Source of the DNA: Alloascoidea hylecoeti
Taxonomy: Eukaryota
DNA: 64,000 nt
NCBI GenBank assembly: GCA_001600815.1
Contig: BCKZ01000006.1
Coordinates: forward strand, 964,137 to 1,028,136
Direction of reading: 5' to 3'
Shown here: positions 14,701 to 26,535 of the stretch, piece after piece
How positions within the stretch are numbered: the stretch's first letter is position 1
Layout: every line of letters starts with the position of its first letter
Translations under genes and position numbers: made by a program
The notes under the pieces: model-generated
Seen by the model: only the letters and a program-made list of their open reading frames with translations
Told to the model about the DNA's origin: nothing
Databases searched by the model: none

Positions 14701-16932
14701 TGATGGTTTGGAATCGCCATCTTCTATAACATGAGTTTCTTCCTTAAATACTTTGGTTTTATCAGTCAAACCAGAATTAGAGTTTAAAACATTAGATTCA
14801 TCTTTACTTGTAGGTTCATTATTCGCCATTGAATTAATATTATCTTCTATAGACGGCTCATCAGTATATTCTTCACTTGAACTATCAGTGCTTGTTTCAG
14901 AACGAGGTGAAGTAAAATGAATTTCTTCGACAGATTGTTGGTTTAATTTGATTAATGAAGTCGATTTTATATTATCACCATTATTTGTTGTATGTTCAGA
15001 TTTAGATGAGCTAGAAGCACTCCCTTCCGAGTCGAAATGTAATCTATTATCCACTATATCTTCATGGGTGTAATCATTAGTTGTTGCATTAAGATCAAAG
15101 ATACTCTTTCGTTCGTCCATAGATGGTAGCATTGGGATATTTGTATCCGTGGGCCCTACTTCCGGTGATGAATCAAACATAGATGCATCATCATCATCTG
15201 AATCAACTTCAATTCTAATTAACTTCGAAGTATGCTTTGCTGGAGGAACTTCAAAACTAATGGGTCTTTTACCTTTTCGAAATGTATCATAAATATCATC
15301 TTTAGATGATGTATTCGAATAAAAGGAATCAGTGGATGCCACAGAAAATTTTCTAGACCAGTCTGAGGATGAATTAGCAGTTTGATAAGAAGTATTAGTT
15401 TGAGGTGTACTATTATTAGGATCAAAACTAAAGTTCGTGTTTGGCGTGAAATTAAAAGATGACTGAGTTTTATATGATGAATTAGATGAAGTTGATGGTT
15501 GGGATCTGTGAAAATGGTTTTCAACTGGGGTACTTGGTTTTATTGTTTTATTAAGATTATTGGGTTCACCTTGATCAGAATCTGAGTCCGTCGCATCCGA
15601 CTCCATGTCAGAGTCAGAGTCTGTTTCAGCTTTTGTTCTTTTTAATGGAGATTCGTAATTCTCGTCATCTGAATTGGATATAGCAGGTCGTTTTTCCTTT
15701 GCTGAAAGAGATTTATTAACGTTAGTAATAGAATGTGAAGTCTCGGGAATATTCTCGTCCTCTAAAACATCTTGTCCTGATAATAAACTGTTTGTTAAAC
15801 CCTTTAGTTGATCATTTAATGCATTAAAATTTTCCAATCGAGTATTTTCACTTGTCTTTTCAATATTTCCTGCTTCATTGTCATCATTGTATGAATATCT
15901 TGACGACGGTGATAATTGAGTAGATTCAATTGTGGATGGTATACTTAAAATATCATAAGAATCATCTTCTTCATTTTCAACTGAGCTATCGTCATTATCA
16001 TCCTCATCAATAAAATTTTCAGAAGATGAGTTTGATAAAGCACTTGAATTAAGTACAGGTATAGCAGGTGCAGTTTGATTGTTTCTAAATTGTACCTGCG
16101 CATGTTCTTGTTCTAATTCTTCTGCTTGTGGTCCCATTGCTGAATTCATGAAATCTGCACTTGGTAATCCAACATTTTGTTGCTCACCCATCTCATCCGG
16201 ATACTCATCTTCATCATAATATATACCATCCTCGTCATCGTCTTCACCATCAACTGGTATATCTTCCATTGTTTCTTCAAACCAATTACTAGCCATTCGC
16301 CTTTCATTAGTAGGCGTAGATGTTGTCTCAGTTGATGTTTTACCATTTTTAATATTGTCAACAGTAGTTTTGATATTATTTATTGTTTTTGTATATTTTG
16401 CAAGTTTAGAAGCAGTTGAAGAAGAAGAAGATTGTTGTTCTAAGCTTTGTTGAATGGTAGTAAGCCAATTTCCCGCTCCTCCTGAACTAGCAACAGGGTT
16501 TTCGTGAACTTTAATATTATTAGCTGTAGCGTTATTATTAGGATTATTTAATGATGAAGATTTTAGATGTTTTCTCTGTTGTTTCTGTTGTTCTTTTAAA
16601 TATTTCTGAAGCTTTTTACGTGCTTTCTTTTCCGCTTTTTGTTTTGCTAATTGTAGGAGATTTGTATTATCAACATTCCTATTGTGTGTTTTCATATTGT
16701 TACTGAAAGATCGCGGAACTGAAGATGGTATAGATCTAGGAGCATTATTGTTACTAGTATTATCGGATGAAGTGATTAGTGCTGAGGTTGGGTTGAAACT
16801 TGTTCTCTTTGAATATATATTAGACGCGTATGGGGGTTGAGGCTGCGACAGAGTATTATGTTTATTGCGAGAGTCATCTTCATCTGAGCACTCTTTAATA
16901 GGCTCCAATAAATCGATAGTGTATCTTCTCAT
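5752..16932 (-). CDS. Giant six-exon gene (~3600 aa): long low-complexity N-terminus plus C-terminal Tom70-like TPR domain. Exons 16932-11784, 11712-10882, 10812-10270, 10203-10054, 9966-9898, 9812-5752
   Basis: Five introns (11783-11713, 10881-10813, 10269-10204, 10053-9967, 9897-9813). Donors GTAAGT/GTAAGC/GTATTT/GTATGT/GTATGT, CTAAC/CTAAT branch sites, TAG/TAG/TAG/CAG/AAG acceptors; an in-frame CAG at 9798 is an alternative last acceptor. Manual translation across the junctions stays open and joins ORF-track entries 11734-16932, 10856-11488, 10259-10447, 10007-10252 and 5752-9810. Confidence 0.85.
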
Positions 16933-17465
16933 ATTTTTGAATGGTATAATTTCACTAGTAGTGAATATGATTGTAGAAGAAGAAAATTCGAAGATTTATT
17001 AGGGGATATTCTATTTTTTTGTGTGTATATTATACCTACAGTCCAAGTTTAAGTGATGAAAAAGAGTCTGTGCATGTCATGAAATAATAAATATCATATC
17101 ATATTAATACATGTAAGACTCTATTTCGACTTCTCATTATTTTATACTATGATTATACACATTTATTATCTTATAATTAACTGTTTTATGATTAGACAGC
17201 GCACCATACATCTAGCTATTAAGTTGCTACCACAACCGCTCGCTTATAACTATATAATCAATAAATGAAAGCTTAAACAGCTTCGAAGCAGATAAAAAAC
17301 TGAGTAATTCTTACAATCCGAAACAATTCTTGAATATTCTTGATAGACTGGAATTTACAAAATTCAATTTGACGTGTATATTCATAATTATAATAACTTC
17401 GGGATCCATCAATATGCGCATACTGGACCAGCGTTAGGGGTATTTTACTACTCTAGGAAGCTTAA

Positions 17466-17975
17466 TTAATGGATTTTTAGAGGCCATGGACTAAAGTCAA
17501 TTGAAATGGCTTGTGAATGTCTATCTCTTAGTAACCGGCCTCTGACTATATGAACTTTCTCCTTCAATAATGTTAGGGTTGATGATTTTCTTTTTGTGTT
17601 TTTTAAACTCATATGCAGATTGCAATTGGAAGGAACAAACCTATGAAGCGTTTTTTTAAATCTTGAGTGATGACGAATTGATTTATCAGTGGCCTTAGGT
17701 TTATCGACTTGTTCTTTAAATCTATCATAAAATCTATGACTAGATGAAGTGTGCAAATCTTTAGATTTGTCAAAACTCAGAGCAGAACTGGCTATGGTAG
17801 AACTCGAGGGCGCTTGATCAAGAATAATGTGGAAAGGAGAAACTTTGGAGTTATAGTAGTCAGTGTCATAATCTGGATCATTATAGATATTATCTTCAAT
17901 TTTCAGATGTTCATTTCTCTTTTCAGACTTGTAATTTTTGCAATTGGTTTCACAGCTCTGTAAGTTTGAAAGCAT
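17466..17975 (-). CDS. Hypothetical protein, 169 aa, Ser/Lys-rich
   Basis: ATG-initiated 510-nt ORF in AT-rich DNA; no recognisable domain. Confidence 0.5.
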   Translation of the reverse strand: MLSNLQSCETNCKNYKSEKRNEHLKIEDNIYNDPDYDTDYYNSKVSPFHIILDQAPSSSTIASSALSFDKSKDLHTSSSHRFYDRFKEQVDKPKATDKSIRHHSRFKKTLHRFVPSNCNLHMSLKNTKRKSSTLTLLKEKVHIVRGRLLRDRHSQAISIDFSPWPLKIH

Positions 17976-19551
17976 TAAAAAAAAGGTTTGAATTGTAGTT
18001 AGCTTGTAGAAAAATATTCCTCCAAAATATTGTTAGAAAGGAAACATTTTTAATTAAATTTGAGAAGTATAATGTTAATCACATTCCAAATTCCACTTTT
18101 ATATACTTATCAATATTTATTCCTTTGTTCCAAGTGTAAAATTGTATGCACTACCTGTATTTGTTAGATTGTAATTTTCCTATCGAATAATTATCATCAT
18201 GAATGCTAAAGAATGTACGAAAAGTTGGATCTCAGGTCTCGCCAAAGAAGCAGCGTAATTTACTGTAATCCTACACGAATTCCGGGGTTTCACTAAATTC
18301 CCGTCCATACCATAAGACTTACAGACACAAACTTCTCGATGTTATATTTTTTTGGTTCAAGGGCTTGGTCTGGCTTTCGTAGAGCACATGCTTTCCCGGA
18401 CCCGGATCCGACCGAACCCCTCCACTCTATTGTTAGACCATATCATCCCATTCCTTTGGCTCTTCGCATTTTCAGATAAAGCTTTTGAGATGCAAAACAT
18501 ATTCTTTATTCATGCTTATTTAGAAGGGTTCTTACTTCTTAGGATTATAAAAAAACTTATAATTGTGCCGAGAGATAAGCGCCAGTTTAACCCGACCAGC
18601 AGTAATTTTACCCGGGCTTTAAAAGAAAAATAATTAGGCTTATAACTTACCAAACTAAAATAAAGGAATTTCTAGGCTCTAAGCTTTTTGACAGTACTTT
18701 CAGTACGTAATTGCTAAAACAGAATGACTAATTATAATAAATATGTTAACGTTGCAATTGGAGAATTCTTAATCAAGCCGCAAATAAGCCTAAGTCTAAT
18801 AATCCTGGTTGAATAGATTTCAGAAAAACCGTTTATATTATTAATTTCTGGACAAATAGCTAATTATATTTCCGGGATATTACTAATGAAATCTTTGAAA
18901 ATCGTTAAATATCTCCCTACTGGTTGACTAATTATTTTCAGACGTCTCCGTTAAACTTTAGCAACACCGACATTGTTTCCTTATTACAATACGTGAAGTC
19001 TGTCAATGTTGTGATCGGATGTTTAACTATGATAACTGCTTTACATTTACGGTTGATGTGGGGTAACAAGATAGTTCTGGATCTCCCTATATCAAAAGAT
19101 TACTACAAGCTTATGGATTCTATGGTATAAATGGTTTAGTTTCAATCGCAAGGAGGCTCTCTGGGAGGTTTGCAATTGATATCCTATTGACATTAATACT
19201 AACTTTGAAGATAACTTTTAACTTCAGATGTTGCAGTGCTAGCTATACGGTGGAGTAGTTGCGGCCTCGGAATGGAGGGAGTGGCGTAACTTTAGATCCA
19301 GGCGCACAAAATGTCAGACAACTTTTCTTTTTCTCCTTTTATCATTAGCTAGTTTAGTTGATCACAAAAATATCACTCTTTTTATTCGGTTTATAATTCG
19401 TTCCGGAGAGTTAATCAGAGGAAATTAAAGGCAATGGAACATTATAATTAAAACTAATACTATCCCAACAGAAATTCGAAGCTACTATAGCCACAACAGA
19501 AACTTCATGCCATTACAATGATCATCGATTCAAATTCAATGAAATTTTATT

Positions 19552-20517
19552 ATGGTATTTGGTTCAACTAGACAGATTTACCGTTTATTGAAATTACTTA
19601 AAGAGTTAAGATCTATAAAAAGGATAAGTCGACATGCGTATGGTTCTCCCCTTTTTACCGCAGTTTGCTCTCTGTCAATAGTGATCATTATAATCATCCC
19701 TACGTTACACATATATTGGAATGAACATAAGTCAAGGCAACCGAGAAGTAAATTCAAGATGGTCAAAACGGACAAATGCACAACAGTGGCTATAGCAGGC
19801 TATAAGTCTTCTCGTGATCGGCATCAATATAGTCCATTCTACCAGATTGATAATCACTATACAAGAAGATTCCAACCTCATAAAAGAACAAGAACTGTCT
19901 CCTATCATGATAATAACTACGACACCCTTTTAAATCAACCGCACTCTCTTAAAGTTAAACCAATATCAGTTGCAATTGCAAATAATAATTCTCACTCATG
20001 TTACATCTATGGAAATCCAAAAGTAACACCATTTGTTAAGATTAAAAATCATTGTTTAAAAAGAACAACAAATAGACTTAATAAGTTAACTCCAAATTCA
20101 AAAAGACTTTATTCCTTAAAACACATCGAGACTCTTCAAAAACTTTCATTACAAAAAATGGATAGTGAAAAAAAGCTACCGACAATAAAACAACTGGTTG
20201 CAGAAATTGATATAGATTTCGCAGACGAAAATATATCAAGCTTCCATTCTGATTCATTAATATCAACTTTTCCGATGGCCACTGTATATAATGTGATAAT
20301 ACTGCAACAAACCCATCAGGTGCAATCACAATTCAAAACTTATAATAGACCTAGGGCGGCTATATCTATACCCATATCAACTCATAAAAGGCCGATTTCA
20401 GAATTAACATTGGTAGATGATGCTGAACAGATATCCGCATCGTCCATAGCAGAAGTTGAATTTACTCCACGAACTGCAACTATTCCAGAAAATGAGAATA
20501 TGTGGTTCAAAGTCTAG
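19552..20517 (+). CDS. Hypothetical basic protein, up to 321 aa (start uncertain)
   Basis: 966-nt ORF, unlikely by chance at this AT content; one hydrophobic segment (AVCSLSIVIIIIIPTL); no family recognised. Confidence 0.55.
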   Translation: MVFGSTRQIYRLLKLLKELRSIKRISRHAYGSPLFTAVCSLSIVIIIIIPTLHIYWNEHKSRQPRSKFKMVKTDKCTTVAIAGYKSSRDRHQYSPFYQIDNHYTRRFQPHKRTRTVSYHDNNYDTLLNQPHSLKVKPISVAIANNNSHSCYIYGNPKVTPFVKIKNHCLKRTTNRLNKLTPNSKRLYSLKHIETLQKLSLQKMDSEKKLPTIKQLVAEIDIDFADENISSFHSDSLISTFPMATVYNVIILQQTHQVQSQFKTYNRPRAAISIPISTHKRPISELTLVDDAEQISASSIAEVEFTPRTATIPENENMWFKV

Positions 20518-21209
20518 ACATTAATCGTAATAAAACCTCATTATAAAGACATTATTAGAAATAGTTTGTTTAATTTCATCAAAAATACTGGTTAACCAAC
20601 GTTGGAAACTTCACCAGTAAAATGTACAGCATATTTAGTTATTTTTATATTTATTCATTTACATTTGTCTTTTATTCTCTTGTATCATACGCTATTTATA
20701 ATTATAAGCTTACGTGACATTTACTGATGTTTAGACTTTTCTGTTTTTGTCTTGTTCTATATTAATATTCACGACCTTATACCAACAAAAATGATATATC
20801 ATAAATTAAAAATTATTTAATCCAACTACCCAGATAATAATAAATTAAATGAAAAATAAATTAAATAGAATTAATAGAATAAAATATTAATACATATATA
20901 TATATATATATTGATATATAATGTAAAGAAGATATGCGTTTGAGCCTGTAATACACATAAGACCCATAGCTATCGGTATAGATATCTAGATCTAGATATC
21001 GATGGTAAAATTATAAAATTGTAACCTTTATCCTTATATATATGCATATCTAGAATCATGTTAAAGACTTCTTATATATAATTATGATTCAGAGCTCGTG
21101 ATATATCATTATGACTAATTGCAATCAAGTCCACTTATAGAACACTATAACTAATAATTATAACTATGTATATTCATATACATACTAACGTTAATGTTAA
21201 CTAGTGTTA

Positions 21210-21250
21210 GTAATAGGTAATAGGTAATAGGTAATAGGTAATAGGTAATA
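21210..21250. repeat. (TAATAGG)n tandem repeat, about 6 units
   Basis: gtaataggtaataggtaatagg... read directly. Confidence 0.9.
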
Positions 21251-22530
21251 AGAACTCACAAATAGTTCATATGAATGATTAAAGAATTCTCCAACAAAAT
21301 TGTAATTAATTCACAAAGATTTGGCTAAATTATATTTCACCGAGTGACTAATTAACTCACAAACACTAAGCTAACATATAAGCTATGATTTTCGGAAAAA
21401 CAACATTGTGCTTATAATTATAATAAAAAGGAGCAGAGGCGGAAAAGGTATTCTACCAATGGGGCCTGTCGGATATATAACAACTAGATGGCCGTGTGAG
21501 GTAATTAATCCATGGACAATGATATGTAATCATCATCATCACAATAAATATGAAGTGTATACATACTTTCAAGACAATTGGAAAGTTTTATAATTAAGGT
21601 TTAATTTTCTTTCTATAGTTACATCCTTTAGTTATATATTAGAGATTGAAACTAGAAGGAAGAAAATAGCTATATATACATAACATTAACCAGTGTATTA
21701 GGTTAACCACATTAAATGTAATTGTAAAATATATTTTAAACGGCTCATATTGATACGGCTTCCAATCGGTGATCCAAGATACATATTGCAGTTGAGATAC
21801 ATATCTCGGTTATATAGGTATAACATCTCGGTCTAATGATGTATATTGTCTCATATACGTAGTTAATAATTTCTGCCATGATAATTTAAACCGCTCCGCC
21901 TTCAACTATAACTTTAGCACTCTCTTTCAATTAACTTCAAATTGTTTGGCCTTTAAATTTGCTACCATCTTGAGTGGGTTCTGCTCAACGAACCGAAATT
22001 ACTTTTATTTCCCAACAAGATTTTATCTTATGGTACGGCTTACACAGGAGGTGATATTGAAGTTAATTGAACAGTCAATTGTAAACCATGCAAAAGTTAG
22101 TTAAACAGAAACGAGTTTATGGTCGCGGTGAAAGCGCCCGACAATAATATTAATGTAATGATTTTCTCTAAAAGCTGTCATATACATGCATATGAGAGAC
22201 AGTAATTATTAATCGACGTTAGTAGTTAATTATCACAATTTAACTGTGTTAAATAATTATAAATGATATTTCTAATAATAGTAAAGTAAGTCAACTTAAA
22301 TTAATATTGAAATTGATCACGATCATGATAACAAAGTTGGAAAAAGCAGTTGAAAATATTTCGAGATTTATCAATTTTTCCTATTTTCTAATATTGTAAT
22401 TGAAATATAAATAAGAAGCATTTTTCCACTTCTTCAATATTCTTCATCGGTTATTAATCTTTCTGAATCAGTAAATCTATTCAATCGTTCTCTCACTTAC
22501 ATTCTCTGAATACTTAATATCATAATTATA

Positions 22531-23427
22531 ATGAAATTTTCAACAATCTCTTCTCTTTTCCTTGCTGGATCTGCATTGGCCGATTTCTCTAATGTCACCG
22601 AATCTGCTCCTACCGCCACTTATACGACTGTCGTTAATGAGGTCGTTACCGAATATACTACTTACTGTCCAGCTGCCACTCACTTAACTATCAATAACAA
22701 GACTATCACTGTTACTGGCGAAACTACTTTAACTATTACAGACTGCCCATGTACTGTTCCAAAGACCACTGTCTTAACTACAACTGGTGTTCCAACAGTT
22801 ATCGCAACTACATCTAAATCTGTACCAGTACCTGCTTCTTCTACTACATATACCAGTACCTTTGAAACTGTTGTTACAAAATACACAACTTATTGCCCAT
22901 ACGCTACAACAATTGCTCACGGAAATAAAACTGTTACTGTTGCCACTCCTGGAACTGTTACCATCACAGACTGTCCTTGTACTATTAAAACAACATCTGT
23001 ATGCTCAGGTTATAATAGCACAATTGCAACCACACCAGTTACTACACCAGTCACTACACCAGTAACTACACCAGTTACTAAACCAGTCACTACACCAATC
23101 ACAAAGGTCGCATCTACTACACCAATCACAAAGGTCGCATCTACTACACCAACTTCAGTTAAAGCCACTCCAAAGTCCACTACACCAGCTTCAGTTGCTT
23201 CCACAACTGTTGTTCCTTCTACAACCGCCCAAGTATCTACAACCGTTGAGGTTTCTACTACCCCAGCAGTTGTAGCTTCAACCACTTCCGTGCCAATTGT
23301 TTCTGCTGCTACCTCTTCAGCTAGCGCTTCAGCTTCAATTGAGATTCAAGTCGGTAGTGGTGCAGCAGTTAATTCAATTGTTACACCATTGGCAGGTCTC
23401 GTTGCTCTTATTGCTTTTTTCATGTAA
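22531..23427 (+). CDS. GPI-anchored Thr-rich cell wall protein with two flocculin type 3 (Ccw12/Pga59/Pga62-like) repeats
   Basis: Signal peptide MKFSTISSLFLAGSALA; two YTTYCP...TITDCPCT repeats; TTPV tandem repeats; hydrophobic C-terminal GPI signal. Confidence 0.9.
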   Translation: MKFSTISSLFLAGSALADFSNVTESAPTATYTTVVNEVVTEYTTYCPAATHLTINNKTITVTGETTLTITDCPCTVPKTTVLTTTGVPTVIATTSKSVPVPASSTTYTSTFETVVTKYTTYCPYATTIAHGNKTVTVATPGTVTITDCPCTIKTTSVCSGYNSTIATTPVTTPVTTPVTTPVTKPVTTPITKVASTTPITKVASTTPTSVKATPKSTTPASVASTTVVPSTTAQVSTTVEVSTTPAVVASTTSVPIVSAATSSASASASIEIQVGSGAAVNSIVTPLAGLVALIAFFM

Positions 23428-26400
23428 TCACATTTACGCTAAACGTTATAATTACTAATTAATGAGACATTTAATTTTCGATTTTCTACAACACCATACT
23501 CTCTCTTATAATTCTTCAAGAGAAAGTGTTATATAATTTTTAATTTCTTTAAATGAACTATTGTAGGTCGATTTGGCCATAATGTCTGGTTAGGGGAGTT
23601 AACTACCCTGTTTCTGTTTGATCATGATATATAAAACTGTTTTTAATTGCATTTTTTTGCTTTTTCCTTTTATATAACATTTAATTTTATTAATATTGCA
23701 TAAACATTGATTCTATCTATGTCTTTATAATGAAGTAAAAAAAAGTTTGGTTTAATCCTTTGATTGTCTAAGTTTAAATTGTACGTAGATTATGTTACTG
23801 AATAAAATTTGTCGTTTATTAAACCATAAAAATGTTATTTAAAAATTCATTGAACTATCTTATTAAGATTAATATTATCGATATAGGTTTATTATTTATA
23901 TGAATTCCATATTTGAATATTCTGTAAGCTCTGCCATGTACCAAAAACTAAATGCTGTATAAATTGCAATTGTAGATATTCAGCTAAACTGAATACCAAT
24001 TGGTAGCTTTGTGTTAATATTAACTAAGTATAGACCTATCTATTCTGGGCTTATGATTTATAAAGAAAGGAAATTAATTATTAAACAGGTTAGGGCCTCG
24101 ATTATGAAAACATAAATTTTAATAATAGTTTATCTAATTGCACGAAATCTGGATATCTATCATTTGAATCTATTGAATAATCTTATGATTATTATTATTT
24201 TGATTATTTATTAGGGATGAGGGTGATAAGTATTTGTTTTTATATTCATTGTTTCTTAAATACTAGCTTTTTATTCCAGAGCAATAACCTTCTACTTTCT
24301 AATCTTTTCCTTAATATATCTTTATATTGGAAAATCTTCCTCCAAATTCTGTGTGCGTTTAGCTGATGTCAGGTAAATTGACGTGAACGTAGATTCTGAT
24401 AATACACCAAATATCCAACAATTAATATTAATACGGGATCTTTTGGTGGGAGAATAGAATGGCTTAAGACTCACGATATGCGTGTTAGCTGTATTTCCTT
24501 TTATAAAAGTTCTGATACATTATACATCTACGCACTCTTAAAAGACTACTTCTTTCATCAAAATGTAGTACTTAGGGTTATATGGTGCATATTTACATTG
24601 TATATAACTTGTAATTCTCATCAAAACTCATAACCAGCCAATAGATTGGTATAATAAATTGATAAATTTGAAGCCAATATTATAACTTTAAGTTTTCTAC
24701 AACCGCAACCGCAACCGCAAGCCGAAGCAGAAACAGAAACAGAAACAGAAACAGAGCTCGGGATGGGTGCAATTTCCTCTGACCATCCTCAAAAGGAAGG
24801 TTTACTGGTACAGTGCCCGCTTTGGAAAAGGACCAGAGAATATTCAAGAAGTTGATTAGAGGTACAATACACAACAGATTCCAATTACTCCTTTTTATGA
24901 TATGATAATTAATTGATTATTATGCATAATACCAAATTATTTCGCAACCTTTTTAACCAAAAATTTCCAATCATTGGCCCGGAGAAGAGAAAGTAGATGA
25001 TTATTTTGAACTAAGAAGAGATGATTGATATTGGAAAGACACCTTTGATCCAGTTGGAAGAGAAAAGAAAATTGGGAAATTGTAGCTTAGTCGTAGAATT
25101 CGAAAGGATTTGGGCGCCATTTGTTATGTTTGGCCGTAAAAATTGTAAGAAATTCAGGGACTAAACCCACCAAGAGTAGAAGCCAAAACATATAAATACA
25201 ATTCAAAAAGAAATGCCAAACCAAATTCAGACACAAACACAAACAATTCAAACACTAATACAAATACAAACACAAATGCATATACAATAAAGACACAAAC
25301 ACAAACATAAACACGAACACCTGTAAATATGATAAAGTCTTTGCCAATGGACTTAACTATCGTTTTGAGATTTGTTTTAATCGCTCCGTGTATTACAGAA
25401 GGTCCAGTAAAGCAAATGGTCGAAAAAATATCAATTTTCTGGCCAAAACCCCCCATTAGTGTGATTGAAAACCTAAAACATTAATTAAACAATAATCCAA
25501 TATAAATGCCTACAATGTATGACTATTAAGCTGGTAGCTAAGTGAATATTTTCTTTTTTGAAAATTATCATTAATATATCACATCACGTGATATACTTTT
25601 TAGCTTAAAATCTTAATAATGAGGTAGCTTAATAAAATAAACCTACGGAATAATATAAATTAAAATTAAAATATATTCTCTATCAAGATGATAGGTTGAT
25701 CAATAATTGAATATCTAATATCACGACTCTTCTGGCTATAAGCTGCAATGGTAACTTGTATAGACCAAAGCTTGATCTACTTAATTCTCTATTCAAATTG
25801 TACTCTCTAAGCACAACAGGAGCTTCCGATCAAACTATATATTCCATATATTCCGGTATTTGTTAGTTGCAAATTGCAATCTATTAGACTCATACAAAAC
25901 AATCAATGACTCGTACGGTAAGTATTACGTATACCTTGATATGCTCATGCCATGACGGAGACAGATTTAACAGTATGCTGTTCCACCATGTCATATATAT
26001 GCATTAATGTCCCTGATCATGATTAGGATCGGTAAACGAAATACAACATATGATATGATAATACTAAAATCAATATTAGTATGAAGAATGATATTTTATT
26101 CTTCGAATCCATGATCACAAAGAAAAACAAGAAAAAGAACAAATAACAGTTTTTTATTATATGATAGATTTAAATAATGACATTCTTAACTTGTTTATTA
26201 TAATTACCCTAAAAAAACTTAATCATGTAGGATATATCTGGGAAATTTAAATGATCTTTATCATGAATGACTTTTTTTAAAAGCTATTAACTCATTAAGC
26301 TAGTTATGGATCTTTATAAATGACAAGATGATCATGATTTAAGTAAGGTACACATTATAAAGAGAAAAAAAAAATAGCGTGTAATTCTAATTGTACGTAA

Positions 26401-26535
26401 TGATAATTGTAGATTAAAAGTCATTGTTGAAATTTTTGATTTGGAGTTTGGCATAATATATTATGATGTAACTTTGAATCCTATGTATTTTATACTTCAA
26501 AAAGTCTTCAATACATACTAATGGGAAAATATAAA

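Noticed and set aside
11734..16932. 1732-aa ORF as a stand-alone gene (likewise 5752-9810 and the small ORFs between)
   Set aside because: Its stop lies in a canonical intron, overlapping the branch site, and splicing continues in frame; better explained as exon 1 of one gene
21210..21250. TAATAGG array as an interstitial telomere
   Set aside because: Short, and the telomere repeat of this species is unknown; treated as a simple repeat
23030..23150. Tandem repeats as a CRISPR-like array
   Set aside because: Coding TTPV/TTPITKVAS repeats with no unique spacers, in a eukaryote
25154..25456. 100-aa hydrophobic minus-strand ORF
   Set aside because: Produced by a degenerate ACAAAY hexamer microsatellite
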